Of a DNA stretch of 64,000 nt, positions 13,815 through 27,494 are shown piece after piece (the stretch's first letter is position 1; each line of letters begins with the position of its first letter). Origin of the DNA: Octopus vulgaris (taxonomy: Eukaryota). The position numbers and the translations under genes were made by a program. The DNA lies in assembly GCA_951406725.2 (NCBI GenBank), contig OX597815.1, forward strand, positions 207,948,001 to 208,012,000. The letters are read 5' to 3'. The notes under the pieces were generated by a model. The model worked only from the letters and a program-made list of their open reading frames with translations. It made no database searches and was not told where the DNA came from.

Positions 13815-14411
13815 CAATATCTGTACATCACTTCAAACACTACCCACACACACACCTGTAGTATATGTCTGACCATGGGGGAAATTATTACCTTGCATGG
13901 AAACGGGTAAGTGTTGGTGACAGGAAGAGAATCCATCCATAGAAAATTTGCCCCAAGAAACACCATCAGAGGAAAGCATAGAAATGATGATATAATGATA
14001 TATATATATAATAACTGAACAAACCAACATCAATCATATTTTGATTGAAAGAGCTTGGCTCTTACTTTTCCTGTTCCCTTTTGTTCTGCTAAGTTACAAG
14101 TATGTCAAGAAACCAATACCAGTTGTTGAGCGATGGTGGGAGACGAACACAGACACAAACACACACACGCACAGTGAACTGGCAGAAACGTTAGCAAGCC
14201 GAGTGAAATGCTTAGCGGTATTTCGTCTGCTGCTATGTTCTGAGTTCAAATCATGCCGAGGTCGACTTTGCCTTTCATCCTTTCGGGGTCGATTAAATAA
14301 GTACCAGCTACACACTGAGGTCGATATAATCGACTTAATTCCTTTTGTCTGTCCTTGTTTGTCTCCTCTATGATTAGCCCCTTGTGGGCAATAAAGAAAT
14401 AACATACACAC

Positions 14412-14453
<42 letters not shown>

Positions 14454-15209
14454 ACGGGTTTCTTTCAGTTTCTGTCAATCAAATCCACTCACAAGGTTTT
14501 GGTCAGCCTGGGGCTATAGCAGAAGATACTTGAGACAGAAACCAAAACAACATAACTAAAATGCAAATTTTTTACCACAGTCATCTGTGTGTCGATATGT
14601 GAAAGTTCAACCATAATTCTTTTCTGTTTTTTTCATATCTAAATCAAATTTCCCATGCTAAAGAAACATTTATCCAATTTTTCAAACCCAATTGGTTATT
14701 TATTTTCTTAATGACAATTTTTAAATGTCTTGACACACACAAGTGTTATTTGTTTATTTCTGCTTAACATGACATGTTATGATGAACTCCTAACACCTGT
14801 ATTCATGATTCAATCTCATTATGTTTTACTGTTTATGCAATTTTTTCTCTCTATTGTAACATAATTTCACATCATGCATAAAATCAGATCAATCTGTCTG
14901 ATATGAAGTTTTACAAATATATGAATGCCATTTGAGTTCATAAATATGTGTGTGTGTTTGAGTGTGTGTGTGTGTGTGTTTGTGTGTGTGTGTTTGTGTA
15001 AGTGTGTATGTATGTGTATATACATACATACATATATATATTTGTATAAACACATGTACTAATATATATATACATATATAGGTATATATGTATACACACA
15101 CACTAATATATATAACCAATATATATATATACAACTTTGATAACTTTGATAGGTTTCAATCAGTATAGGCCGAGGCCATGTCTAACTTAATAGCACCGCC
15201 TGGTGCTAC

Positions 15210-15242
<33 letters not shown>

Positions 15243-15614
15243 GATAAGTGCAGGCGTGGATGTGGGGTAAGAAGTTTACTTCCCAGCCTCTTGTTCTGGG
15301 TTCAATCCCACTGTATGATACCTTGGGCAAGTTATCATTTTACTATGAGCCAAGGGCTGACCAAAGCCATGAGAGTAGGTATAATAAGTGGAAACTTTGT
15401 GGAAGCCTGCCATATATATATCGGTGTCACGCGAATAGTACCTTTGCTGGTGGCATGTAAAAGCACCCATTACACCCTCAGAGTGGTTGGCATTAGGAAG
15501 GGTATCCAGCTGTAGAAAGCTATGCCAAATCAGACTGGAACCTTGTGCAGCCTTCCAGCTTGCCAGCAACAGTCAAACTCTCTAACCCATGCCAGCATGG
15601 ACGATGGACGTTAA

Positions 15615-15646
<32 letters not shown>

Positions 15647-15663
15647 ACACACACACACATCAT

Positions 15664-16120
15664 AATCATCATCATCATCGTTTAGCGTCCGTTTTCCATG
15701 CTAGCATGGGTTGGACGGTTCTACTGGGGTCTGTGAAGCCAGAAGGCTTCATCAGGCCCAGTCAAATCTGGCAGTGTTTCTACGGCTGGATGCCCTTCCT
15801 AACGCCAACCACTCCGTGAGTGTAGTGGGTGCTTTTTACGTGCCACCCACACTGGTGCCAGACAGAGCTGGCAAACGGCCACGAACGGATGGTGCTTTTT
15901 ATGTGCCACTGGCACGAGGGCCAGGCGAGGCTGGCAACGGACACGAAACGGGGCGGTGCTGGCAACGGTCGCGAAACGGAAAGTTCTCTTACATGCCACC
16001 GGCACTGGTAACACATCTGCAATTTCCATTGATCGATTTCCATTGATCGATTTCGATTCTGATCCTCACTTGCCTCAACGGGTCTTCACAAGCAGAGTTT
16101 TGACATGCCACCGGCACTGG
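15664..16120 (-). mobile_element. SINE family C with (GAT)n tail and internal GGTGGCACGTAAAAAGCACC repeats (RTE-type 3' end)
   Basis: Tail catcatcgtttagcgtccgttttccatgctagcatggg. Related copies 9117-9590, 29690-29950, 33296-33610, 53346-53716 and shorter tails. Confidence 0.75.
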
Positions 16121-16172
16121 TATATGTAAATATACACATGTACACATGTATATGTAAATATACATTTGTATG

Positions 16173-16225
<53 letters not shown>

Positions 16226-16825
16226 AGATATACAACTTTGATAACTTTGATAGGTTTCAATCAGTATAGGCCGAGGCCATGTCTAACTTAATAGCACCGC
16301 CTGGTGCTATATATATATGTGTGTGTGTGTGGATAGGTGCAGGCGTGGATGTGTAGTAAGAAGTTTACTTCCCAGTCTCTTGTTTTGGGTTCAATCCCAC
16401 TGTATGATACCTTGGGCAAGTTATCATTTTACTATGAGCCAAGGATTGACCAAAGCCATGAGAGTAGGTATAATAAATGGGAACTGTGTGGAAGCCTGCC
16501 ATATATATATCGGTGTCATGCAAATAGCACCTTTGGCTGTTGACTAGATTGACTTCAGTACGCAACTGGTACTTAATTTATCGATCCCAAAAGGATGAAA
16601 GGCAAAGTTGACCTCAGTGGAATTTGAACTCGGAAAATAAAGACAGACGAAATACCACTAAGCATTTTGCCTGGCATGCTGACATTTCTGCCAGCTCACT
16701 GCTTCACTGATGAGAAAATATTATCAGGTTCAGTCTAATAGTAGAGCAATGTTAGATTCAAACATAAATATGCGTACATGCATATACTTGTGATTGATTT
16801 GTATTCAAGTGAGCATGTATGCTCA

Positions 16826-17189
16826 TCTCTATATATATAAACGGCAAAACGTCTGCGTGCGTGTCCTTTATACAAATCCACAATTTTTCAGTTAGAGGGC
16901 TCGCACTTTCTATGGTCATTCAAAACCGTCCAAGGGTGGTCATGCACATCTTTACATTTCCCCGGTCACCCCGTAAGGCCATTAAAAGATCAATAGTAGT
17001 GACTTTTTTGTGAATTTTCTATCCAAAACACAATCAAAATGCCTGAAACTTGATACGCCAATTGAATGCCAGCTAGCTGTATGTGACTGGTCGGATATTT
17101 GGACAGTACTCGCGTGTATGTGTGCATGCACGCAGCTGTATATGCATGCACTAGCACTATGACCCGGTGTTGCCGGGTCATAGTGCCAG
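16826..17189 (+). mobile_element. Non-autonomous Helitron
   Basis: A|TCTCTATATATATAAACGGCA 5' end shared with the 3713 copy. 3' palindrome then CCAG|T. Confidence 0.7.
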
Positions 17190-18292
17190 TATGCTATAAT
17201 CATTTAATTATTTCCATAAAGTACCAGTTACGCACTGGGGTCGATGTAATCGACTTAATCTGTTTGTCTGTCCTTGTTTGTCCCCTCCATGTTTAGCCCC
17301 TCGTGGGTAATAAAGAAACAGATATTGTAGGGTTGGTGTGAGAGACCAGATATGGCCAGTTTGAACATAAAACAAGCAGAATACTTTTGGCCGGATATGG
17401 CCGGTTTAAATGCTAAAGAGTTAAAAGCTTTCTTCACTTCACTTAAGCATCTTCCCCACATTCTTCGTCTGAGAGAGAACAGCTCAGTTTCATTATTTTT
17501 GTTAAGGCTTCAGGTTGATATTAGGAATTAGCAATATCTAACATCTATGGAACTTATTCTATCCCTGGATAAGTCAAGTATCCTAAATGATATCAGAACT
17601 TCTACTACAAATGCATTGTTGGATGTTTGCTGTCTTGTTAAGTAGAAAGTTCTGACACCATGTTTTTTTGAAGTCTAGTATAGTTTGCTTTGGTCACTCT
17701 ATCTTTGCTGTCAGCAGTTTTGTGTAATAGATTCTACTCTATGCTTATATGTCCGTATGGATGTGAGTGTTTGTATGGATGTAAGTGTTTACGTATGTAT
17801 CTATGCATGTACGTGTGTAGGTATACATGTATATATATGTGAGCATGCATGCGTGCGTTTTATTTGTATGTTCATAAATGTGTCTGCATAAGTTTTTGCT
17901 AAAATGAAAAGAGGATCAAAGCGCATAGAAAACAAAGAATTTCAAACGTAATAAATTTCTCCTTGGCATAATTATCAAAGTAAAATTGACAAATCATCAG
18001 CAGGGATTCTTCTGAAAAATGTTTGACAGAAAGAAAAACATAGTTAAAAACATTGAGACAGAAACAGATTATTCCGTTCAACAAACTGCAAAATGAGAAA
18101 TTTAATCAAAATTGAATGCAAAAAAAAGAGAAACGAAAACGAAAATGAAAAGATATAACATTTTTACATTTCAAGCAAAAACAAAATATTTCATTCATAA
18201 ATAACAATTTTTGTATTTTAGGTTTTACAATGACATATCGAGACACATACAGACACATACCACATGTGTATATACTACCACACATTCTCTTC

Positions 18293-18324
<32 letters not shown>

Positions 18325-18542
18325 TTCATTCATAAATAAAATTTTTGTTTTTTGTTATATATATAATACATACATATATACATACATCACATGTAATACT
18401 ACATACATACATAATAATATATATATATATACACATACATACATACATACATACACATGCATACACACACACACATGTATGCACAAAATATACATATACA
18501 TGCATATATATGTATAAGTATGTATATGTGTGTGTGTAGGTG

Positions 18543-18578
<36 letters not shown>

Positions 18579-18632
18579 CATACATACATACATACATACA
18601 TACATACATGCATGCATGCATGCATACATACA

Positions 18633-18684
<52 letters not shown>

Positions 18685-19136
18685 CATACATATATTTATA
18701 TTTATTCTTTCATATATTTATTCTTTCATATATTTATATGAAAAAAAAAATACATACATATAGATATATATATATACACATACACACAAATAGATAGATA
18801 GATATGTAGGGGAGAGAAAGAAGAAGAGGAAGAGAGAGTGAGAGCTAAGAGGTATATATAATGTAGGTACACATACAGTAAAACACATCACACATGCACA
18901 TATCTACGTGGTTTAAAAAACTTCCACTTTCAACTGCCATTCGTTTTGTTTGAGTTCAAGTGCAGGTCCCTCCCTTTAACACATTAACGTACATTTATAT
19001 ACTCATAAACATACACAAAAACCTTCATATATCTCTGTGCTAACAGTATATGCATATTGATGTAAGTTTCCGTTATTAAAAATCCTTACAACACACACAC
19101 ACACACACACATGTATACACATATATATTCATACAC

Positions 19137-19170
<34 letters not shown>

Positions 19171-19172
<2 letters not shown>

Positions 19173-19578
19173 TCTTTTACTCTTTTACTTGTTTCAGTCA
19201 TTTGACTGCGGCCATGCTGGAGCACCGCCTTTAGTCGAGCAAATCGACCCCGGGACTTATTCTTTGTAAGCCCAGTACTTATTCTATCGGTTTCTTTTGC
19301 CAAACCGCTAAGTGACGGGGACATAAACACACCAGCATCGGTTGTCAAGCAATGATGGGGGGACAAACACAGACACACAAATATACACACACATACATAT
19401 ATATATACATATATCCGACAGGCTTCTTTCAGTTTCCGTCTACCAAATCCACTCACAAGGCATTGGTCAGCCCGAGGCTATAGCAGAAGACACTTGCCCA
19501 AGACGTCACGCAGTGGGACTGAACCCGGAACCATGTGTTTGGTAAGCAAGCTACTTACCACACAGCCACTCCTGCGCC
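19171..19578 (-). mobile_element. SINE family A (young)
   Basis: Full-length, CpG-rich copy. Confidence 0.9.
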
Positions 19579-21143
19579 TATATATATATACATATGAAAG
19601 CATTTTATGAATAAATTTAAGTGGAATGTGTAATTAAAACAAAATACATTGAGGTGGTATATAGATGAAGATGTGAGTGTGTATTTTCTGCTTGTTGTTT
19701 GGCTGTCCATGAGACGGAATAACATTCACTATTTAGAATTTAAAATTAATCATATTTCCATTGAATTTTAAGTATGTAATTTCTTCTCTTATTCCCTTGT
19801 GTAGTTACAACTAAACCTATATTGTTAATGTATCTGCTTCTGAAATCTTTCTTCGTTCCTTCAAGCAGCTTATTGATATTGATTTTATAGAAATGCTAAT
19901 TAGAAATAAATAGATAATTTTGAATAAAACAAATGTAACCATTAACATCTATCAAAATAAGCCACCCGAGGAGCCTCTTTGTGGTTACTTGACACAATAG
20001 AAATAGCAGTCAAGTTACTTCAGAGAACAAACTTGTATGCTAAAATGGAAGAATGCATTGGATGATGTAGTCAAGGCTGTCTTAGCAGCCTTATAAGGCC
20101 CAGGGTAAACCAATGCACTGGGCCCTATAGTGTATATCTGTTGACTGCAAGCCACAGGTACATAGATCAGAATTGAGCTCCTGGAGCCATGAGGCCTGCT
20201 GGTAACCGCCCAGGGTGTCCATGCCTGAAATGTAATATTTATTGGGCCTCTGTTGGTTTCAACAATGTGTGTTTAGTTGTTTGATCATCTGAATTACCTG
20301 TTCATTAGTTTGCAAGTGGCTGAGTATTCCACAGACATGTATAGTCTTTATGTAATTCTTAAGTAATATCAGTGGGAAACAGCGTGACAGGACTGGACAG
20401 CTGAATTATAAAAAATTCTATCCGACAAACTTCTGAACAGTTTCTCTCTACCCAGTTTCTCTCACAAAGCTTGAGTTGATCTGTATTTCTAATAGGGGGG
20501 TGAAAAAAACGGCATACCCCCAGTATGGTGTGCAGTGGAATCAGACCACATGATTCTTGACAGTACACCTGGTGAAATGCTTAGCAGTATTTCGTCTGCC
20601 TTTACATTCTGAGTTCAAATTCCGCCGAGGTCGACTTTGCCTTTCATCCTTTCAGGGTCGATTAAATAAGTACCAGTTACGCACTGGGGTCGATATAATC
20701 GACTTAATCTGTTTGTCTGTCCTTGTTTGTCCTCTCTGCATTTAGCCCCTTGTGGGTAGTAAAGAAATAGGTATACTAGATGAACTAAAAAAGGTAGGTT
20801 AATTACAACAAGAATGACTTTGATCAAAGGTGTGGCTCTTCATCTTGTTTGAAATTACCAGGCCATCAACCTAGAAAGGAGCCTAGGATGACTGACCTGA
20901 TGAGGTCAGAGACCTTGGCTCTGTCACAACTTCCCATAGATATGTTGAATAATGGATCCCCTTCCTTTTTTTTTTTACCTGTAGGAATCATCAGATACTT
21001 TTACCTGTAGGCTGATTCTGATAGGAAACCACTAATTCTATTAAATTTTACCCAAGGCCTTAGACTTTCAGAAACTTCATTATGAAAGGTTAAAAATCTT
21101 GTGTATATGTGTGTGTATTTAGATATATATATATATATATATA

Positions 21144-21160
21144 TAGATAGATAGATAGAC

Positions 21161-21232
<72 letters not shown>

Positions 21233-21274
21233 TAGATAGATAGATTAGATAGATAGATAGATAGATAGATAGAT

Positions 21275-21315
<41 letters not shown>

Positions 21316-21318
21316 TAG

Positions 21319-21391
<73 letters not shown>

Positions 21392-21457
21392 GAGTCAGAC
21401 AGACAGAAAGACAGACAGAGAGACAGACAGACATACACACAGATAGATAGATAGATA
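21144..21457. repeat. (TAGA)n microsatellite
   Basis: Direct reading. Confidence 0.95.
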
Positions 21458-22282
21458 TCAACAATAGGTGGTGTGTCTGGCCTACTCTTTAACTAGTTTC
21501 AACTCAAAACCTGTGGCTCTGCTGGGGCACCATATATTTTCAGTTTATTTTTACTAAAAGATGATGAAATGTTGATAATATCAGATACTTTCCATTTTAC
21601 ATAAGAAGTGTGTAACAACTAATCAGGCATTACTATGCAACCTTATATAGCATGAAAACTGAGGTGTCAGAGATGGCATATAAGGGAGATGATTTAATCA
21701 TGAAATCTTCAGTGGATTAAGTTCCCTGAAACAAATTTAAGCTAGTTATTGATTTTTTTGATGGCCTAAGGTAAAAAATTTGCCAAGAATGAGAAGGGTT
21801 TATTGAAATGACTCCAAGGCATTATGTGTAGTGTATTATACCTTGCAGTAGAGACTCTATTTTCTAAGCATATGAAGAAGCCTCTAATTGGTTAATCAGT
21901 TTGCTATAAATAGTAATCAAATCTTCCTCAAATCCCACCCTAGTAAGTAATGCAGTCTTTGATATACTCTATCTAAATGGTCATGCTGGAATGCTTATAA
22001 TCAAGGCTGGCTAGAGTTTAATAAAAACAAGTACTTATTATATTGGTTTCAAATTTTGGCACAAGGCCAGCAACTTTGTAAAGAGGAGCTAAGTTGATTG
22101 CATCAACCCTAGTGTTCAACTGGTACTTATTTTAACAACCCCAAAAGGAAGAAAGGCAAAGCTGACCTTGAATTTGAACTCAGAGTGTAAAGATGGATGA
22201 AATACTGCCGATCATTCTACCCAGCATGTTAACGATTTTGCCATCTCACTACCTCAAGGTACCTATTGAATTGACTTTAAAA

Positions 22283-22406
22283 CAGCAGTCTCAAACCTCT
22301 TTTGATCAATGGGCCAGTTTTGTGTGAAACAATTTTTCCATGGACTGCGGTATCATACACATTACTAAACACAATAGTGTAATATATTACTGAATTATTA
22401 CAAATG

Positions 22407-22442
<36 letters not shown>

Positions 22443-22578
22443 AAATAAGCAGCAAGGATATCCACCTCTGGATATCCTTGTTTCTTATTTTGATTATAAT
22501 CACCCCATTTTGAATTATATGGATAATACCATACTAAATTCTGGTGCCTTTAACTTAAGTACTATATTCAACTGAATC

Positions 22579-22629
<51 letters not shown>

Positions 22630-22811
22630 CAAAAACTGTCCGATGAACGGCAACGAGAAACTCAGAGTAACAGGTTTTGTTGAATTTTCTGCTGCTTTAA
22701 ATAAAGTATATATATATATATATATATATATATAGCAAAAACTGTCCGATGAACGGCAACGAGAAACTCAGAGTAACAGGTTTTGTTGAATTTTCTGCTG
22801 CTTTAAATAAA

Positions 22812-22882
<71 letters not shown>

Positions 22883-23063
22883 AATAGATAGACAGACAGA
22901 CAGACAGATATAAAATATATAATACATAATAATGTAAAAACACCTTTCTGGCTGCAACAGACAATAAAATAAAACAAAATTTAATCTATTCACTCTATGC
23001 ATCTCAGTACCAAATGATCCACAGCCTGACACTGGTCCCTAGCCTGGTGGTTGAGGACCCTTG
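22283..23063 (+). mobile_element. hAT/Charlie-like MITE carrying nested (TA)n-associated insertions
   Basis: MER1-like ends cagcagtctcaaacctc... / ...ggttgaggacccttg. Imperfect 8-bp TSD ctttaaaa/ggttaaaa. Confidence 0.55.
22628..22812 (+). mobile_element. Tandem dimer of an identical 79-bp hammerhead-bearing unit separated by (TA)n
   Basis: Copies 22628-22706 and 22734-22812, each ctgt-CCGATGA-a-cg-gcaa-cg-a-GAAA-ctcagag-TA-acag. Confidence 0.7.
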
Positions 23064-23873
23064 GGTTAAAATATAAAGTAATTATACCACAAGTAATTAG
23101 TTCAATAATGTTAAGATAGAAGTAAAAGCTTATCATGAATTAGCCATAAACAGATGCGACTAAGATTGAAATATTTTCTCAGGATTCTTTACAACATTAT
23201 ATTTTCCAATATATTGTTTGTTTCCAATTGGAAAAAATTTAGCTGAGAAACTGAATAAATGTACTGAACAGACAAAAAAACCTGAAAAATTTGTAGATTA
23301 ATTTCACTCTCAATCTAAGTGAATTTAAGAACTATTTAAATTTTTTAAAATAATTTTTTGATTTAAAAATGTTTATTTATGAATCAAGAAATTTATCAAT
23401 CTTCTTTATGCTTTATAAAATCTATTTTATAATTGTATTTCGAGTATTTTTGTGTAATTAATTCTCTAAAAGATTTCATACTGATTAAGGAAATGAACTT
23501 TCTGAAATAGAGATGTTTAGTGAATGCACAAACGATAAATGCTAAAATTGAATTAAATTAATTTAAATAAAAAGTTAAATTATTCAAAATAGATACAGGA
23601 AAAAAAAAAAAAAGGAATATGTTATTTTGTAATCATTTTATGAAGGATTGAAAGAATAGGAAAGAACTTTCCAGCGAGTCTTTCCTCTCTTGCAAAGAAT
23701 ACAAAACATCCAGTGAACAAGTTCAACTTTTTAATAATCCACATATTAGAAATAATTCAGTCAAAATAATCTAAAATAACAGAAATACAGCTTAATTATT
23801 CCAAACAAGATTTCCACACATGATAAAAAAAATCTGAAAAAGGATACACGAATACTTAGCCACTTAGCATGCA

Positions 23874-23940
<67 letters not shown>

Positions 23941-24937
23941 TTATACATACAAGCACAGAAATAATTTCAAAAATACAAAAATAAAGCAAGAAATTTTAAT
24001 ATATCTAGAAAAGGGAAAAAATTTCATATATTTCTTTTAATCAATGAAACCAGCCACAATTCTGAAATTAAATTGTTGTTTTACAAGTAAAACCCGGATA
24101 AACCTTGTTAGTTCCATTATTGTAGAACAAAGTTGGTCTTTTCACAAACAGCAGAGGTCGTAAAATCAGTATCTCGGAAGTTTATAGATGGGTAACAAAT
24201 CTGCCCCTGTATGTAACACTACTTGATTGCATCTAACATTTACTGTGGGATCAGTTTCTCTTATCCAGTTATGTAAACTGTCTTGGTGCTACAGCAAAAT
24301 TCTTGATGTCTGATGTCAACTAATCGGCTGACAACTTGTTTCACAGATCATATAAATTGACTCATTTCATCGCTAATATTGATAGAAAAATCAGCAGAGC
24401 AATGGATTAAAATATACAATTATTTTGCATATTCACTTTCACAATATATAATTAAATAGAAATCAAAAATCTGTTAAATAATATTATGAAGGATAATGGA
24501 AATATATAGCATAAATGAAGAGTACCATATGGAATCATAAACAGTAGATTCTGTGTCTTGTGGAGAAAAAAAATACAGATAAAAGTCAAATAATGCAGAG
24601 AGCTCCTGTGTAACGTAAACAGCTGTCATGGTGAGTTGTATTCAAAGATGCATGTTTGATGTATGGTTATACATTTTGAAATTGTTAGATGTAGAAGATA
24701 AAGTTGAAAACATTATTTCACATTGTTATCATTTTTATTATTTAGAAAACATGAAAGTAAAATATTTCTTTTTTATCTCTTAATAAACAGAGATAAAAGA
24801 AGCAACCAAGCACCCAAAATACAATATCTTAAAAATAATATTTTTTTTTTAGAATTACAACTGCAAAACATGTTTTATAAGAAAGGAAGTTTGATTTTTA
24901 ATTTACTTAAAATTCTTAAATGAAATTAATGACTAAC

Positions 24938-25085
24938 CTCGTTTTTAAGTTTCTTAATTTCGGCAGTGTGTTCTTCTGTTTGCTGGACATAATGCCATTT
25001 CGCCTGCCTTTCACTGTCTAATATCTGTAGAAGATGCAAATGTTTCTGTTCCAATTCTTCTTTGCATTCTATCATCTTGCTATAG
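24938..25085 (-). CDS. RASGRF: Internal coding exon (148 nt) of a RasGRF-family guanine nucleotide-releasing factor, coiled-coil segment between PH1 and IQ
   Basis: Acceptor tttttttttag, donor GAG|gttagt, phase 2 to 0. Translates (S)YSKMIECKEELEQKHLHLLQILDSERQAKWHYVQQTEEHTAEIKKLKNE. This aligns without gaps to my recollection of vertebrate RASGRF1 [50 protein letters not shown]. Lies in a TE-poor block. Too short for the ORF track. Confidence 0.9.
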
Positions 25086-26029
25086 CTAAAAAAAATTTAA
25101 TGAAAAGAAAGTGAGAGGTAAAATAATAGGAAGAAATAATTAGAAGACAGTTGAGAGATAAAAGAAAGCAAAAATATATTTTGAGAATTACAATTATGAG
25201 TTATTAATATAAATAATATAGACAAAAAAAAATTGAATAAATTAGATAAACATAACCACCAGAGAAATGATATTTTTATTGAAAATAAACATTGTAGTAA
25301 GTACAGACGATCCTAAATAGTAAAATGAACAATTTTAATTGTTGAAACACATCTAAAATATGAATGATATTTTAATAAAAAGGAGACAATTAAAGTACAA
25401 GTATTTGTCACAGAAATATCACTAAAGACAAAGTCTAATTTAGTCAATGAAAAGGATTTGAAAGAAAAGTGTGAATGTTCTACAATTGATTTTATTTTAT
25501 TGATAATTTTCTTTTCTCACTGATAACAAAGAAGTCACTGTAGATCCTGTGAAGGATAAAATTATCATTTTATCAATTTAGTAAGATGGATATTGTCATA
25601 CAGAATTATATAGGAAAATAAAATTGTTTGAAGAAAATTATTACTTTCTTTCATTTGCTTTTAAGTGTCAACATTCTGTATAGCAACAGAATTTATTCTA
25701 AAACAGCTAACTTGAAAGAAAAGTTAAATCAATGGATTGAAAAAAAAAAAGAATAGGACTTAAATATAATCCTTCCCATGACAAAATAAAATGGAAGACA
25801 TCAATAATTCTTTTGTTTAAGGGAAAATAATTCAACGAACTTTGCATTACATTCAAATCAATTCAGATCCCTAGAATTTATTTCAACAGCAATTTTAATG
25901 TCCCATGTACAAAGAAAATCAACTTGAAGCTGTTTGTTACAAAATATAACTGGAGACATATACATGCACACATATGAGAGTTGTGTTCCCTACATATATT
26001 TATATATATGACAACTGTGATCTTTATAT

Positions 26030-26425
26030 ACTCTTTACTATTTTACTCTTTTACTTGTTTCAGTCATTTGACTGCGGCCATGCTGGAGCACCGCCTTTAG
26101 TCGAGCAACTCGACCCCGGGACTTATTCGTTTTGTAAGCCCAGTACTTATTCTATCGGTCTCTTTTGCCGAACCGCTAAGTGACGGGGACATAAACACAC
26201 CAGCATCGGTTGTCAAGCAATGCTAGGGGGACAAACACAGACACACAAACAAACACACATACATACAGGCTTCTTTCAGTTTCCGTCTACCAAATCCACT
26301 CACAAGGCATTGGTCGGCCCGGGGCTATAGCAGAAGACACTTGCCCAAGATGCCATGCAGTGGGACTGAACCCGGAACCATGTGGTTGGTTAGCAAGCTA
26401 CTTACCACACAGCCACTCCTGCGCC
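26030..26425 (-). mobile_element. SINE family A (young)
   Basis: Full-length reverse copy. Confidence 0.9.
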
Positions 26426-27077
26426 TATATATGTATATATATGTATATATATGTATATATAAATGAATGTTGAAATAACATCTCACACATACGTATTCAA
26501 GCATATATACATTCATACACTCAAACATATATTCATTCGCTGTACCTCTTGATCGACCAACCGTATCCTCTCTTATGCTCAACTTCTTGTACCTTGACAA
26601 TTTGTTCCGGCAGCCCATTACTCCCAGCTTCATTTTCTTCCCAGTTACTACTACTCATCCTTATAATGTCGAATAGCCATGTATCTATCTCTTGTACATC
26701 AAGACACTGGTACTTGCCTCTTTATTGTACTTAAGCTTCTCAGCACCTGGCACAGAAGCTATTGCTCTTCCCTAAAACCTTACTCCTTCCACTTAGTCAT
26801 TAGGGCTTTCCCTTTTATTTATTTCCTTTTTTGTCTTTTCTGTCTTGCAACTTGGAAACACCACTATAGCCAGTGGTACAAAAACAACACCCAGTACACA
26901 TTGTAGAGAGGCTGGCTTTAGAAAAGGTATCCAGCCATAGAAAACATGCCAAAAGCTGATAATGGACCTCTGCACTTGCCAAATCTTAATAAACTGTCCG
27001 ACCCATGCCAGCAAGGAAATGATGATAATGATGCACACACACACACACATGCACACACTCTCATATGCATATCTCTC

Positions 27078-27494
27078 TTTTCTCTCTTTTACTAGTTTCA
27101 GTCATTTGACTGCGGCCATGCTGGAGCACCACCTTTAGTCGAGTAAATCAACCCCGGGACTTATTCTTTGTAAGCCCAGTACTTATTCTATCGGTCTCTT
27201 TTGCCGAACCGCTAAGTGACGGGGATGTAAACACACCAGCATCGGTTGTCAAGCGATGGTGGGGAGGGGGACAAACACAGACACACAAACATATACACAC
27301 ACATACATATATATATATATATACATATATACAACAGGTTTCTTTCAGTTTCCGTCTACCGAATCCACTCACAAGGCATTGGTCGGCCCGAGGCTATAGC
27401 AGAAGACACTTGCCCAAGATGACATGCAGTGGGACTGAACCCGGAACCATGTGGTTGGTAAGCAAGCTACTTACCACACAGCCACTCCTGCGCC
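27078..27494 (-). mobile_element. SINE family A (young)
   Basis: Full-length reverse copy. Confidence 0.9.

Noticed and set aside
17900-18011. Minus-strand acceptor-like site giving KNPC-stop as an alternative last exon
   Set aside because: Such pyrimidine tracts are common in this AT-rich DNA and there is no other support.
26540-26790. Higher-complexity minus-strand frame near the RasGRF exon
   Set aside because: Looks like a decayed RTE LINE 3' end, with no splice signals matching RasGRF. Same for 52060-52200.
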